A stretch of DNA of 64,000 bases from Escherichia coli. Its GTDB lineage: Bacteria > Pseudomonadota > Gammaproteobacteria > Enterobacterales > Enterobacteriaceae. The DNA lies in NCBI RefSeq assembly GCF_036507355.1, contig NZ_AP027877.1. One strand, given 5' to 3'. Under the pieces are notes generated by a model. That model worked only from the letters and a program-made list of their open reading frames with translations. It was not told where the DNA came from and ran no database searches. Of this stretch, positions 34,487 to 46,986 are shown in pieces. Position numbers and translations under genes: made by a program. How positions within the stretch are numbered: the first letter of the stretch is position 1; each line of letters begins with the position of its first letter.

Positions 34487-36094
34487 ATGTATACGCGAAA
34501 TTTATTATGGCTGGTCAGCCTGGTAAGTGCGGCTCCTCTCTACGCTGCTGACGTTCCCGCCAACACACAGCTCGCCCCGCAACAAGTCTTTCGTTACAAC
34601 AATCATAGCGACCCAGGTACGCTCGACCCGCAAAAGGTGGAGGAGAATACTGCTGCGCAGATTGTGCTGGATCTGTTTGAAGGTCTGGTATGGATGGACG
34701 GTGAAGGCCAGGTGCAGCCCGCTCAGGCTGAACGCTGGGAGATACTGGACGGCGGCAAGCGCTATATTTTCCATCTGCGTAGCGGTTTGCAGTGGTCCGA
34801 CGGTCAGCCTCTGACGGCAGAGGATTTTGTCCTCGGCTGGCAGCGCGCGGTTGACCCGAAAACGGCAAGCCCTTTTGCTGGCTATCTGGCACAGGCGCAC
34901 ATTAACAATGCCGCGGCTATTGTTGCGGGTAAAGCAGATGTTACATCGCAGGGTGTCAAAGCGACGGATGATCGTACTCTTGAAGTTACGCTTGAGCAGC
35001 CGGTTCCTTGGTTCACGACGATGCTCGCCTGGCCGACGCTGTTCCCGGTTCCTCATCATGTCATCGCTAAACATGGCGATAGCTGGAGTAAGCCAGAGAA
35101 CATGGTTTACAACGGTGCCTTTGTGCTTGATCAGTGGGTAGTTAACGAAAAGATTACTGCACGCAAAAATCCAAAGTACCGCGATGCGCAACATACAGTA
35201 TTGCAACAGGTTGAGTATCTGGCGCTGGATAATTCGGTCACCGGCTATAACCGCTATCGCGCGGGAGAGGTCGATCTCACCTGGGTTCCGGCGCAGCAAA
35301 TTCCCGCCATTGAAAAATCACTGCCTGGCGAGCTACGAATTATTCCGCGTCTGAACAGCGAATATTACAACTTCAACCTTGAGAAACCGCCATTTAACGA
35401 TGTGCGAGTGCGTCGGGCGCTATATCTTACGGTTGATCGACAGCTTATTGCGCAAAAGGTACTGGGGTTGAGAACGCCCGCAACCACGCTGACGCCGCCA
35501 GAGGTAAAAGGCTTTAGCGCGACGAGGTTCGATGAACTGCAAAAGCCAATGAGTGAGCGCGTCGCGATGGCAAAAGCCTTGCTGAAACAGGCGGGATACG
35601 ACGCCTCTCATCCGCTACGCTTTGAGCTGTTCTACAACAAGTACGATCTGCATGAAAAGACCGCGATAGCGTTGTCTTCCGAATGGAAAAAATGGCTGGG
35701 TGCACAGGTGACGCTGCGCACAATGGAGTGGAAAACCTATCTTGATGCCCGACGAGCCGGTGATTTCATGCTGTCTCGGCAGTCGTGGGATGCGACGTAC
35801 AATGATGCTTCCAGCTTCCTGAACACGCTCAAAAGCGATAGTGAAGAAAACGTCGGTCACTGGAAAAATGCGCAGTATGACGCCTTACTAAACCAGGCCA
35901 CGCAGATCACTGATGCGACAAAGCGTAATGCGTTGTATCAGCAGGCAGAAGTGATCATCAACCAGCAGGCACCGCTGATTCCTATCTACTATCAGCCGTT
36001 AATCAAACTGCTTAAACCCTACGTTGGCGGTTTTCCGCTGCATAATCCCCAGGATTATGTCTACAGCAAAGAGTTGTATATCAAGGCACATTGA
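34487..36094 (+). CDS. ygiS: Periplasmic solute-binding protein (ABC substrate-binding family 5)
   Basis: ORF 34424..36094; start at ATG 34487 with signal peptide MYTRNLLWLVSLVSAAPLYA. Confidence 0.88.
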   Translation: MYTRNLLWLVSLVSAAPLYAADVPANTQLAPQQVFRYNNHSDPGTLDPQKVEENTAAQIVLDLFEGLVWMDGEGQVQPAQAERWEILDGGKRYIFHLRSGLQWSDGQPLTAEDFVLGWQRAVDPKTASPFAGYLAQAHINNAAAIVAGKADVTSQGVKATDDRTLEVTLEQPVPWFTTMLAWPTLFPVPHHVIAKHGDSWSKPENMVYNGAFVLDQWVVNEKITARKNPKYRDAQHTVLQQVEYLALDNSVTGYNRYRAGEVDLTWVPAQQIPAIEKSLPGELRIIPRLNSEYYNFNLEKPPFNDVRVRRALYLTVDRQLIAQKVLGLRTPATTLTPPEVKGFSATRFDELQKPMSERVAMAKALLKQAGYDASHPLRFELFYNKYDLHEKTAIALSSEWKKWLGAQVTLRTMEWKTYLDARRAGDFMLSRQSWDATYNDASSFLNTLKSDSEENVGHWKNAQYDALLNQATQITDATKRNALYQQAEVIINQQAPLIPIYYQPLIKLLKPYVGGFPLHNPQDYVYSKELYIKAH

Positions 36095-36231
36095 TGCCTT
36101 TATCGCCGTCGGAGCACGTCCGGCGGCGCTATTCACGCTGATCTCCTGTGACTCGACGCGGCAGATAATGTAGTATCTCCGGCAATATTGCCCCTTTGAA
36201 GGCTGGCGAATAAGTTGAGGAATCAGAATTA

Positions 36232-38490
36232 ATGAGCGATATGGCAGAGCGCCTTGCGCTACATGAATTTACGGAAAACGCCTACTTAAACTACTCCATG
36301 TACGTGATCATGGACCGTGCGTTGCCGTTTATTGGTGATGGTCTGAAACCTGTTCAGCGCCGCATTGTGTATGCGATGTCTGAACTGGGCCTGAATGCCA
36401 GCGCCAAATTTAAAAAATCGGCCCGTACCGTCGGTGACGTACTGGGTAAATACCATCCGCACGGCGATAGCGCCTGTTATGAAGCGATGGTCCTGATGGC
36501 GCAGCCGTTCTCTTACCGTTATCCGCTGGTTGATGGTCAGGGGAACTGGGGCGCGCCGGACGATCCGAAATCGTTCGCGGCAATGCGTTACACCGAATCC
36601 CGGTTGTCGAAATATTCCGAGCTGCTATTGAGCGAGCTGGGGCAGGGGACGGCTGACTGGGTGCCAAACTTTGACGGCACTTTGCAGGAGCCGAAAATGC
36701 TACCTGCCCGTCTGCCAAACATTTTGCTTAACGGCACCACCGGTATTGCCGTCGGCATGGCGACCGATATTCCACCGCATAACCTGCGTGAAGTGGCTCA
36801 GGCGGCAATCGCATTAATCGACCAGCCGAAAACCACGCTCGATCAGCTGCTGGATATCGTGCAGGGGCCGGATTATCCGACTGAAGCGGAAATTATCACT
36901 TCGCGCGCCGAGATCCGTAAAATCTACGAGAACGGACGTGGTTCAGTGCGTATGCGCGCGGTGTGGAAGAAAGAAGATGGCGCGGTGGTTATCAGCGCAT
37001 TGCCGCATCAGGTTTCAGGTGCGCGCGTACTGGAGCAAATTGCTGCGCAAATGCGCAACAAAAAGCTGCCGATGGTTGACGATCTGCGCGATGAATCTGA
37101 CCACGAGAACCCGACCCGTCTGGTGATTGTGCCGCGTTCCAACCGCGTGGATATGGATCAGGTGATGAACCACCTCTTCGCTACCACCGATCTGGAAAAG
37201 AGCTATCGCATTAACCTCAATATGATCGGTCTGGATGGTCGTCCGGCGGTGAAAAACCTGCTGGAAATCCTCTCCGAATGGCTGGTGTTCCGCCGCGATA
37301 CCGTGCGCCGCCGACTGAACTATCGTCTGGAGAAAGTCCTCAAGCGCCTGCATATCCTCGAAGGTTTGCTGGTGGCGTTTCTCAATATCGACGAAGTGAT
37401 TGAGATCATTCGTAATGAAGATGAACCGAAACCGGCGCTGATGTCGCGGTTTGGCCTTACGGAAACCCAGGCGGAAGCGATCCTCGAACTGAAACTCCGT
37501 CATCTTGCCAAACTGGAAGAGATGAAGATTCGCGGTGAGCAGAGTGAGCTGGAAAAAGAGCGCGACCAGTTGCAGGGCATTTTGGCTTCCGAGCGTAAAA
37601 TGAATAACCTGCTGAAGAAAGAACTGCAGGCAGACGCGCAAGCCTACGGTGACGATCGTCGTTCGCCGTTGCAGGAACGCGAAGAAGCGAAAGCGATGAG
37701 CGAGCACGACATGCTGCCGTCTGAACCTGTCACCATTGTGCTGTCGCAGATGGGCTGGGTACGCAGCGCTAAAGGCCATGATATCGACGCGCCGGGCCTG
37801 AATTATAAAGCGGGTGATAGCTTCAAAGCGGCGGTGAAAGGTAAGAGCAACCAACCGGTAGTGTTTGTTGATTCCACCGGTCGTAGCTATGCCATCGACC
37901 CGATTACGCTGCCGTCGGCGCGTGGTCAGGGCGAGCCGCTCACCGGCAAATTAACGTTGCCGCCTGGGGCGACCGTTGACCATATGCTGATGGAAAGCGA
38001 CGATCAGAAACTGCTGATGGCTTCCGATGCGGGTTACGGTTTCGTCTGCACCTTTAACGATCTGGTGGCGCGTAACCGTGCAGGTAAGGCTTTGATCACC
38101 TTACCGGAAAATGCCCATGTTATGCCGCCGGTGGTGATTGAAGATGCTTCCGATATGCTGCTGGCAATCACTCAGGCAGGCCGTATGTTGATGTTCCCGG
38201 TAAGTGATCTGCCGCAGCTGTCGAAGGGCAAAGGCAACAAGATTATCAACATTCCATCGGCAGAAGCCGCGCGTGGCGAGGATGGTCTGGCGCAACTGTA
38301 CGTTCTGCCGCCGCAAAGCACGCTGACCATTCATGTTGGGAAACGCAAAATTAAACTGCGTCCGGAAGAGCTACAGAAAGTCACTGGCGAACGTGGACGC
38401 CGCGGTACGTTGATGCGCGGTTTGCAGCGTATCGATCGTGTTGAGATCGACTCTCCTCGCCGTGCCAGCAGCGGTGATAGCGAAGAGTAA
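36232..38490 (+). CDS. parC: DNA topoisomerase IV subunit A
   Basis: 752 aa; GyrA-like with catalytic AAMRYTE motif. Confidence 0.95.
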
Positions 38491-38723
38491 TATGCCGGGG
38501 AGGGCGCTGTTTCCTCCCGCTTGCAAGGAACGCCGGATGAAACGTTAAGTCGTCATCCGGCAGCGTATTCAACCCCCGGAAACGATAAAAATTCCCTTGA
38601 AACCGTTGTTTATTCATGCGTTGCGATTAACAATACGCTTTTCCAGAGAGCGGCTTTTAACAATGCCCTAACCTGATTTCAGGTGACGTACAATGCCAGT
38701 CTCTCAGACCTTCAGAGGGTGTT

Positions 38724-39461
38724 ATGCTATATATCTTTCGTCTTATTATTACCGTGATTTACAGCATCTTAGTCTGTGTATTCGGCTCCATTTACTGCCT
38801 TTTTAGCCCGCGTAACCCGAAACATGTGGCCACCTTTGGGCATATGTTTGGTCGTCTTGCGCCGCTGTTCGGCCTGAAAGTTGAGTGCCGCAAACCTGCA
38901 GATGCTGAAAGCTACGGCAATGCTATCTATATCGCTAACCACCAGAACAACTATGACATGGTGACAGCATCGAACATTGTGCAACCGCCGACGGTGACGG
39001 TAGGTAAAAAGAGCTTGCTGTGGATCCCCTTCTTCGGGCAGTTGTACTGGTTAACCGGCAACTTATTGATCGACAGAAACAATCGCACTAAAGCTCACGG
39101 CACTATTGCGGAAGTAGTGAATCATTTCAAAAAACGCCGTATTTCCATTTGGATGTTCCCGGAAGGAACCCGCAGCCGTGGTCGCGGCCTGCTACCGTTC
39201 AAGACTGGAGCATTTCACGCGGCAATTGCAGCAGGCGTCCCGATTATTCCCGTGTGCGTCTCTACAACTTCGAATAAGATTAATCTTAATCGACTGCACA
39301 ACGGTCTGGTGATTGTCGAAATGCTGCCGCCAATTGACGTCAGTCAGTATGGCAAAGATCAGGTTCGTGAGCTGGCTGCCCATTGTCGTTCGATAATGGA
39401 ACAAAAAATCGCCGAGCTCGATAAAGAAGTCGCAGAACGCGAAGCCGCCGGAAAAGTTTAA
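38724..39461 (+). CDS. plsC: 1-acyl-sn-glycerol-3-phosphate acyltransferase
   Basis: 245 aa; acyltransferase motifs NHQNNYD and FPEGTR. Confidence 0.93.
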   Translation: MLYIFRLIITVIYSILVCVFGSIYCLFSPRNPKHVATFGHMFGRLAPLFGLKVECRKPADAESYGNAIYIANHQNNYDMVTASNIVQPPTVTVGKKSLLWIPFFGQLYWLTGNLLIDRNNRTKAHGTIAEVVNHFKKRRISIWMFPEGTRSRGRGLLPFKTGAFHAAIAAGVPIIPVCVSTTSNKINLNRLHNGLVIVEMLPPIDVSQYGKDQVRELAAHCRSIMEQKIAELDKEVAEREAAGKV

Positions 39462-39535
39462 GTCGGCAATCTGTATTTTTGCGGGGAACACTTTCCTGCA
39501 CGGTATTACTTTAGCCAGTTTTACATGGAGCAAAT

Positions 39536-40948
39536 ATGTCACTCAGTCGGCGTCAGTTCATTCAGGCATCGGGGATTGCACTTTGTGCAGGCGCTGTTCC
39601 CCTGAAGGCCAGCGCAGCCGGGCAACAGCAACCGCTACCCGTTCCGCCGCTGCTTGAATCTCGCCGTGGGCAACCGCTGTTTATGACTGTACAACGTGCG
39701 CACTGGTCATTTACGCCAGGGACACGCGCGTCGGTCTGGGGAATCAATGGTCGTTACCTGGGGCCGACTATCCGCGTCTGGAAGGGCGACGATGTTAAGC
39801 TTATTTACAGCAACCGCCTGACAGAAAATGTCTCAATGACGGTGGCCGGGCTACAGGTACCAGGTCCGCTGATGGGCGGTCCGGCACGGATGATGTCGCC
39901 AAACGCTGACTGGGCACCCGTACTGCCTATTCGCCAGAACGCAGCTACTCTGTGGTATCACGCCAATACTCCCAACCGCACGGCTCAGCAGGTCTATAAC
40001 GGCCTTGCCGGAATGTGGCTGGTGGAAGATGAAGTCAGCAAGTCGCTGCCTATCCCCAACCATTATGGTGTGGATGATTTTCCGGTCATTATCCAGGATA
40101 AACGGCTGGATAACTTTGGTACGCCAGAATACAACGAACCGGGAAGCGGCGGCTTTGTTGGTGATACGCTGCTGGTTAACGGTGTACAAAGCCCGTACGT
40201 TGAAGTCTCGCGTGGCTGGGTGCGCTTGCGACTGCTGAACGCGTCGAACTCTCGTCGCTATCAACTACAGATGAGCGATGGTCGCCCGTTACATGTGATT
40301 TCTGGCGATCAGGGATTCCTGCCTGCTCCTGTATCGGTGAAGCAACTTTCGTTGGCACCGGGCGAGCGCCGCGAGATTCTGGTGGATATGAGCAACGGTG
40401 ATGAAGTGTCGATCACCTGTGGCGAAGCGGCGAGCATTGTTGATCGTATTCGTGGCTTCTTTGAGCCATCCAGCATTCTGGTTTCTACCCTGGTGCTAAC
40501 GCTGCGCCCAACCGGCCTTCTGCCGCTGGTCACAGACAGTCTTCCGATGCGCCTGCTGCCAACTGAAATCATGGCCGGTTCGCCGATTCGCAGTCGCGAT
40601 ATCAGTCTGGGTGATGACCCGGGTATTAATGGACAACTGTGGGACGTCAACCGTATTGATGTCACCGCGCAGCAAGGAACGTGGGAACGCTGGACGGTAC
40701 GCGCGGACGAGCCGCAAGCGTTCCATATTGAAGGCGTGATGTTCCAGATCCGTAACGTGAATGGTGCGATGCCGTTCCCGGAAGACAGAGGCTGGAAAGA
40801 TACCGTTTGGGTTGACGGACAAGTGGAGCTGCTTGTTTATTTCGGTCAGCCTTCCTGGGCGCACTTCCCGTTCTACTTCAACAGTCAGACGCTGGAAATG
40901 GCGGACCGTGGCTCGATTGGGCAACTGTTAGTCAATCCGGTACCGTAA
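39536..40948 (+). CDS. ftsP: Cell division protein FtsP (SufI), multicopper-oxidase-like, Tat-exported
   Basis: 470 aa; twin-arginine signal MSLSRRQFIQASGIALCAGA. Confidence 0.93.
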   Translation: MSLSRRQFIQASGIALCAGAVPLKASAAGQQQPLPVPPLLESRRGQPLFMTVQRAHWSFTPGTRASVWGINGRYLGPTIRVWKGDDVKLIYSNRLTENVSMTVAGLQVPGPLMGGPARMMSPNADWAPVLPIRQNAATLWYHANTPNRTAQQVYNGLAGMWLVEDEVSKSLPIPNHYGVDDFPVIIQDKRLDNFGTPEYNEPGSGGFVGDTLLVNGVQSPYVEVSRGWVRLRLLNASNSRRYQLQMSDGRPLHVISGDQGFLPAPVSVKQLSLAPGERREILVDMSNGDEVSITCGEAASIVDRIRGFFEPSSILVSTLVLTLRPTGLLPLVTDSLPMRLLPTEIMAGSPIRSRDISLGDDPGINGQLWDVNRIDVTAQQGTWERWTVRADEPQAFHIEGVMFQIRNVNGAMPFPEDRGWKDTVWVDGQVELLVYFGQPSWAHFPFYFNSQTLEMADRGSIGQLLVNPVP

Positions 40949-41058
40949 TCTTCATACTCGCCCGAGGAGGGCGAGTATGGAATACTTTTCGATTTCTCTT
41001 TCGTTCCGGCTTATAATCCCCGGCCTTTGATTATTTTTTTATCATTTCTGGAAGCAAA

Positions 41059-43278
41059 ATGAGCTCTATCTCCCTGATCCAACCGGATCGCGACCTGTTC
41101 TCCTGGCCGCAGTACTGGGCCGCCTGTTTTGGACCGGCACCGTTTTTGCCGATGTCTCGTGAAGAGATGGATCAACTTGGCTGGGATAGCTGCGACATCA
41201 TTTTGGTTACTGGCGACGCGTATGTCGATCACCCAAGCTTCGGGATGGCGATTTGCGGTCGTATGCTGGAAGCGCAGGGCTTTCGCGTTGGGATCATCGC
41301 TCAGCCAGACTGGAGCAGCAAAGACGACTTTATGCGTCTGGGTAAACCGAATCTGTTTTTCGGTGTTACTGCTGGCAACATGGATTCGATGATCAACCGT
41401 TATACCGCCGATCGCCGTTTACGTCATGACGATGCCTACACGCCGGATAACGTCGCGGGTAAGCGCCCGGATCGCGCCACACTGGTTTATACCCAGCGTT
41501 GTAAAGAGGCGTGGAAAGATGTACCGGTGATCCTCGGTGGTATTGAGGCTAGTCTGCGCCGTACCGCGCATTATGATTACTGGTCCGATACCGTGCGCCG
41601 TTCCGTGCTGGTGGATTCGAAAGCCGACATGCTGATGTTTGGTAACGGTGAGCGTCCGCTGGTGGAGGTGGCGCACCGTCTGGCGATGGGCGAGCCAATT
41701 AGCGAAATCCGCGATGTGCGTAATACTGCGATTATCGTAAAAGAGGCGTTGCCAGGCTGGAGCGGTGTGGATTCTACTCGTCTTGATACCCCTGGGAAAA
41801 TCGACCCGATCCCGCATCCGTATGGCGAAGATTTGCCGTGTGCGGATAACAAACCGTTGGCCCCGAAAAAGCAGGAAGCTAAAGCTGTAACTGTGCAGCC
41901 GCCGCGCCCGAAACCGTGGGAAAAAACCTACGTATTGCTGCCTTCTTTCGAGAAAGTGAAGGGCGATAAAGTCCTGTACGCTCATGCTTCGCGCATTCTG
42001 CACCACGAAACCAACCCAGGCTGCGCCCGCGCATTGATGCAAAAACACGGTGACCGCTATGTGTGGATCAACCCGCCTGCTATCCCGCTTTCTACCGAAG
42101 AGATGGACTGCGTTTTTGCGCTGCCGTACAAGCGCGTGCCACATCCGGCCTATGGCAATGCCCGTATTCCGGCTTACGAAATGATCCGTTTTTCGGTCAA
42201 CATTATGCGCGGCTGCTTTGGCGGCTGCTCTTTCTGTTCTATCACCGAGCACGAAGGGCGCATTATTCAGAGCCGTTCCGAAGATTCGATCATTAATGAG
42301 ATCGAAGCGATCCGCGACACCGTTCCAGGTTTTACGGGCGTAATTTCCGATCTCGGTGGGCCAACTGCCAACATGTATATGTTGCGCTGCAAATCGCCAC
42401 GCGCTGAACAAACCTGCCGTCGTTTGTCCTGCGTTTACCCGGATATTTGTCCGCATATGGACACTAACCACGAACCGACGATCAACCTCTATCGCCGCGC
42501 TCGCGATCTGAAAGGCATTAAAAAGATTCTGATTGCCTCAGGCGTACGTTATGACATCGCCGTGGAAGATCCGCGCTATATCAAAGAACTGGCGACCCAT
42601 CACGTCGGCGGTTATCTGAAGATTGCTCCGGAACATACCGAAGAAGGGCCGTTGTCGAAGATGATGAAGCCGGGCATGGGCAGTTATGACCGCTTTAAAG
42701 AGCTGTTCGATACCTACTCGAAACAGGCAGGTAAAGAGCAGTATCTGATCCCGTATTTCATCTCTGCGCACCCCGGTACGCGTGATGAAGATATGGTGAA
42801 TTTGGCGCTGTGGCTGAAAAAGCATCGTTTCCGTCTCGACCAGGTACAGAACTTCTACCCATCGCCACTGGCTAACTCGACCACCATGTATTACACCGGG
42901 AAAAACCCGCTGGCGAAGATTGGTTATAAGAGTGAAGACGTCTTCGTACCGAAGGGCGACAAACAGCGTCGTTTGCATAAAGCGTTGTTGCGTTACCACG
43001 ATCCGGCAAACTGGCCGTTAATCCGTCAGGCGCTGGAAGCAATGGGTAAAAAGCATCTGATTGGCAGCCGTCGCGATTGCTTAGTGCCTGCGCCAACCAT
43101 TGAAGAGATGCGTGAGGCTCGTCGTCAGAACCGCAATACTCGTCCAGCGTTGACGAAACATACGCCGATGGCGACCCAGCGTCAGACGCCTGCTACGGCA
43201 AAAAAAGCGTCGTCTACGCAATCTCGTCCGGTGAATGCTGGGGCGAAGAAACGCCCTAAAGCGGCGGTTGGACGTTAA
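41059..43278 (+). CDS. ygiQ: Radical SAM protein YgiQ (UPF0313)
   Basis: 739 aa; CFGGCSFC radical-SAM cysteine motif; Lys/Ala-rich C-terminal tail. Confidence 0.9.
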   Translation: MSSISLIQPDRDLFSWPQYWAACFGPAPFLPMSREEMDQLGWDSCDIILVTGDAYVDHPSFGMAICGRMLEAQGFRVGIIAQPDWSSKDDFMRLGKPNLFFGVTAGNMDSMINRYTADRRLRHDDAYTPDNVAGKRPDRATLVYTQRCKEAWKDVPVILGGIEASLRRTAHYDYWSDTVRRSVLVDSKADMLMFGNGERPLVEVAHRLAMGEPISEIRDVRNTAIIVKEALPGWSGVDSTRLDTPGKIDPIPHPYGEDLPCADNKPLAPKKQEAKAVTVQPPRPKPWEKTYVLLPSFEKVKGDKVLYAHASRILHHETNPGCARALMQKHGDRYVWINPPAIPLSTEEMDCVFALPYKRVPHPAYGNARIPAYEMIRFSVNIMRGCFGGCSFCSITEHEGRIIQSRSEDSIINEIEAIRDTVPGFTGVISDLGGPTANMYMLRCKSPRAEQTCRRLSCVYPDICPHMDTNHEPTINLYRRARDLKGIKKILIASGVRYDIAVEDPRYIKELATHHVGGYLKIAPEHTEEGPLSKMMKPGMGSYDRFKELFDTYSKQAGKEQYLIPYFISAHPGTRDEDMVNLALWLKKHRFRLDQVQNFYPSPLANSTTMYYTGKNPLAKIGYKSEDVFVPKGDKQRRLHKALLRYHDPANWPLIRQALEAMGKKHLIGSRRDCLVPAPTIEEMREARRQNRNTRPALTKHTPMATQRQTPATAKKASSTQSRPVNAGAKKRPKAAVGR

Positions 43279-43320
43279 AAAAAATCCCCGGCAACTGACA
43301 TACTGCCGGGGATTTTTTTA
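43277..43320. terminator. Bidirectional intrinsic terminator between ygiQ and yqhH
   Basis: aaaaaaaatccccggca ... tgccggggatttttttat perfect hairpin with A-tract / T-tract flanks. Confidence 0.8.
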
Positions 43321-43578
43321 TCATTCTGCGTACATACGCAAGCAGCGCAGGCAATCAAAATAGTCCTGTGCATCAAGACGCGTATTGGCTCTGTTAGCTT
43401 CGGATTTGGCAGCATAGATTTGTGGGCGTAGTGCTTTCATATCCTGCTCAAGCCGGGCGATTTTGGCATTTAATGTTTGTACATTGCTCGCCAGTTGATT
43501 GACCTTTTGCTCATTGACGCAGCCACTGAGCAAGCAGGTTGCCAGAACAACAGCTCCCACGGTGAAAATCGTTTTCAT
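43321..43578 (-). CDS. yqhH: Lpp-like outer membrane lipoprotein
   Basis: 85 aa; lipobox LLSGC, heptad coiled-coil like Braun lipoprotein. Confidence 0.85.
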
Positions 43579-43628
43579 ATAGTGTTCCCTTTTATTTATT
43601 GTTCCGGCTAATTGTTATTTAATTCAGC

Positions 43629-44555
43629 TCATTGCTTTAATCTGGCGGCGGTTTTTGCCTCAATCTGCTTAAGTAGGCTGCCGCTGTTCGGGCGGATAAA
43701 ATCAGCGATTTCCCACTTACCTTCGCGCCGCTGTAAAACCAGTTCTTGTTCTTCGTTGTTGCCATTGGTCAGCGTAAAACGAACATGAATGCGGGCGGAA
43801 TCGGCGGTTTTCTCCAGGACACGAATTTCATCAACGCGTGAAAATAGCGACTCTTCGCCAAAACAGATCGGATTGTCGTAAATAAATTGCCGTTCTATTT
43901 GCATATCTTCTTCGGGATTGTTGGCCGTCTTGAAGGTGGTTTTATAGAAGGCGTTAACCGCCTGGCGGTAAGAGTCGGAAACCACCCACGTCCACGGCCA
44001 GCTATAATCGGCAATATGTTCAAAGAGTTCGGCAACAAAGGCTTCCGGCTGTTCTTTTTGCAACGAAGCTAAAGCGGCCAGCGTTTTTTCATTCTCGTTA
44101 TTAACTGCTTGTAAGACGCTGCCATGATTGCTGACAATATCGTCAATGACCCAACGACCATTTTCCGCCACCATTTTCAGTGTCTGCGTGGTCTTTTCTT
44201 TATCATCTTTAAAGATACGAAAGCGCACAACGGCATCGGCATGATCGGCGTCAGTTTGAGTTATCGCTACGCTTTCTAGCACCAGATCGCCAAAATCCTG
44301 ACAATCACAAACCGGATCATAATCCAGCCAGCCAATATTGCCCGGCAGCGTAAGATTGTCGTTCAGGGTAAGCGCCTGTTGAATACGCACAGAAGTTATC
44401 GCCCGCTCTCCGGTTTCACCAAAATAAGGGGCAGTGGCATCTGATTTATAGTTCTGATAAATATGCCGGACTGTTTGTTCTACGGTCTGTGAGGGGGGCT
44501 GTGCGTGTACGGTAAAACTTGCCAGGGCTGCTAAAAACAGAAGTATTATTTTCAT
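43629..44555 (-). CDS. yqhG: DUF3828 periplasmic protein
   Basis: 308 aa; signal peptide MKIILLFLAALASFTVHA. Confidence 0.85.
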   Translation of the reverse strand: MKIILLFLAALASFTVHAQPPSQTVEQTVRHIYQNYKSDATAPYFGETGERAITSVRIQQALTLNDNLTLPGNIGWLDYDPVCDCQDFGDLVLESVAITQTDADHADAVVRFRIFKDDKEKTTQTLKMVAENGRWVIDDIVSNHGSVLQAVNNENEKTLAALASLQKEQPEAFVAELFEHIADYSWPWTWVVSDSYRQAVNAFYKTTFKTANNPEEDMQIERQFIYDNPICFGEESLFSRVDEIRVLEKTADSARIHVRFTLTNGNNEEQELVLQRREGKWEIADFIRPNSGSLLKQIEAKTAARLKQ

Positions 44556-44754
44556 CTGTTTTTCACCTCTCCGTTGCGTTTATCCCGGATATAGATGAGT
44601 TGTTCTTTTAAGAGCTTCCGGCTCTGCATGATGATGTCCTTATATTTGGTATTCCTGAACAAGGAAGAGTAACAACGGGCGGGACGCGAGGGGAATAAAT
44701 GATTTCTGAAAAGTCCGGTAGCGGAACATTACCGCCACCGGGAGAATTTGCACG

Positions 44755-45582
44755 TTAGCCGCCGAACTGGTCAGGATCGGGACCGAGACGCTTGCCCTGA
44801 TCGAGTTTTGCAATTTCGCCGAGTTCGTCTTTGTCGAGACGGAAATCCCAGACATCAAAGTTTTCGGCAATACGTGAAGGTGTGACCGATTTCGGGATCA
44901 CCACCAGGCCGCTATCCAGATGCCAGCGGATAACAATCTGCGCCGGGGTTTTGCCGTATTTATCTGCCAGATCGCGAATGACTTTCTGATCGAAAACGCC
45001 TTTCCCTCCTTGCGCTAATGGGCTCCAGGATTCGGTCTGGATTTTGTGTGTCGCGTTCCAGGCGTGTAGCTGGCGTTGTTGCATCAGCGGATGAAGTTCG
45101 ATCTGGTTTATCACAGGCGTCACGCCAGTTTCATCAATCAGGCGTTGCAGGTGATGGATCTGGAAGTTGCACACGCCGATGCTTTTGATTAATCCCTCTT
45201 TTTGCAATTCGATCATGCCTTTCCATGCTTCGACATAATGGTCGATAGCGGGAACGGGCCAGTGCATTAAGTAGAGGTCGATATAATCAAGCTGTAGTTT
45301 TTTCAGGCTGTCGAGCAGGGCTTCGCGGGGGCGCTTGTGGTCGTCGTTCCACAGCTTAGTGGTGATGAACAGTTCTTCTCTGTTGACTGAGGCATTTTTC
45401 AGGGCTTTGCCGACACCTTCTTCGTTCTTATAGGCCGCGGCGGTATCAATCGAGCGATAACCCACTTCTAACGCTTTTTGAATGGCGGTGATTACTTCCT
45501 CATTACTTGCTTGCCAGACGCCCAGTCCCAACTGGGGCATGACATTGCCATCCTGTAGCTTAATAACGGTTGGATTAGCCAT
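44755..45582 (-). CDS. dkgA: 2,5-diketo-D-gluconate reductase A (aldo-keto reductase)
   Basis: 275 aa AKR-family sequence. Confidence 0.92.
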   Translation of the reverse strand: MANPTVIKLQDGNVMPQLGLGVWQASNEEVITAIQKALEVGYRSIDTAAAYKNEEGVGKALKNASVNREELFITTKLWNDDHKRPREALLDSLKKLQLDYIDLYLMHWPVPAIDHYVEAWKGMIELQKEGLIKSIGVCNFQIHHLQRLIDETGVTPVINQIELHPLMQQRQLHAWNATHKIQTESWSPLAQGGKGVFDQKVIRDLADKYGKTPAQIVIRWHLDSGLVVIPKSVTPSRIAENFDVWDFRLDKDELGEIAKLDQGKRLGPDPDQFGG

Positions 45583-45686
45583 ACGTTCCTCCTTTATATG
45601 AACTCACCGGAGCAGGCTCCGGTGAGGTGTTGTGAACTTAAGTCTGGACGAAATGCCCGAAAACGAAAGTTTGAGGCGTAAAAAGC

Positions 45687-46850
45687 TTAGCGGGCGGCTT
45701 CGTATATACGGCGGCTGACATCCAGCGTAATGTCATGATTTTCGCCCAGTTGGGTCATGCCGTGCTCTTCCAGTTTTTTCAGCAAAGCCGGGATGGAGCT
45801 GCCGTCCAGACCGTAGTCGGAGAGGTGGGTCGGCACGCCTAATTGCTCAAAGAAATTGCGGGTTGCGGCAATCGCGGCGTCAATACGCTCATCGTCGGAA
45901 CCTTCAGTGATGTTCCAGACGCGTTCAGCATATTGCAGCAGCTTAGCGCGCTTGGTATCGCGTTTTTCATTCCACAGTGCAGGCAGGACGATAGCCAGTG
46001 TTTGCGCGTGATCCAGACCGTGCATCGCAGTCAGTTCGTGGCCCAGCATATGCGTTGCCCAGTCCTGCGGTACGCCAGCGCCAATCAAACCGTTCAGCGC
46101 CTGAGTCGCCGCCCACATGACGTTGGCGCGCACATCGTAGTTTTCTGGCTCTTTCAGGGCTTTCGGACCATCTTCGATCAGCGTCAGCAAAATGCCTTCT
46201 GCGAAACGGTCCTGAATTTTGGCATCAACCGGTTTGGTAACATACTGTTCCACGGTGTGTACAAAGGCGTCCACTACGCCGTTAGCCACCTGACGCGGCG
46301 GCAGGGTGTAGGTATAAACCGGATCGAGCACGGCAAATACGGGCTGAACATGGGCAGAATGGAACGCCTGCTTATCGCCTGTGGTTTTACGGGAGATCAC
46401 CGCACCGGCGTTGGATTCTGAACCGGTTGCTGGCAGCGTCAGCACACAGCCCATCGGGATGGCGCTTTTAATCTCTTTACCACCCGTTTGCAGAATGTGC
46501 CACGGATCGATATTTTCCGGATAGTTAGCCGCTGCGGCGATAAATTTGGTGCCGTCCAGTACAGAACCGCCGCCAACCGCCAGCAGGAAAGTCACTTTCT
46601 GTTCGCGAACCAGTTTCACGGCGTTCATCAGCGTTTCATAAGCCGGGTTTGGCTCAATACCGCCAAATTCCAGCACGTCCATGCCTTTCAGGGCATCCAG
46701 AACTTGATCGAGAACGCCGGTTTTTTTCACGCTGCCGCCACCGTAGGTAATCAATACGCGAGCATCGTGAGGAATTTGTTCGCGTAAACCAGCGATTGCG
46801 CCTTTACCAAACAGAATGCGGGTTGGGGTGTGCAGATTAAAGTTGTTCAT
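45687..46850 (-). CDS. yqhD: NADPH-dependent aldehyde reductase (iron-containing alcohol dehydrogenase family)
   Basis: ORF 45687..46874; start at ATG 46850 ([22 protein letters not shown]..., 387 aa). Confidence 0.92.
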   Translation of the reverse strand: MNNFNLHTPTRILFGKGAIAGLREQIPHDARVLITYGGGSVKKTGVLDQVLDALKGMDVLEFGGIEPNPAYETLMNAVKLVREQKVTFLLAVGGGSVLDGTKFIAAAANYPENIDPWHILQTGGKEIKSAIPMGCVLTLPATGSESNAGAVISRKTTGDKQAFHSAHVQPVFAVLDPVYTYTLPPRQVANGVVDAFVHTVEQYVTKPVDAKIQDRFAEGILLTLIEDGPKALKEPENYDVRANVMWAATQALNGLIGAGVPQDWATHMLGHELTAMHGLDHAQTLAIVLPALWNEKRDTKRAKLLQYAERVWNITEGSDDERIDAAIAATRNFFEQLGVPTHLSDYGLDGSSIPALLKKLEEHGMTQLGENHDITLDVSRRIYEAAR

Positions 46851-46986
46851 TACTTGCTCCCTTTGCTGGGCCAATATGAGGGCAGAGAACGATCTGCCTG
46901 ATGTTTTTCATTGTGATCGCCAGCGCCCTGGCTCTCAATGCTCATTTCTGCCAATGTCTTGCCTATTTCTCCAGAGTGCTGGAGAA
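46851..46986. promoter_or_regulatory. Divergent yqhD / yqhC control region
   Basis: 136-bp gap between divergent AraC-type regulator and its target reductase operon. Confidence 0.5.
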
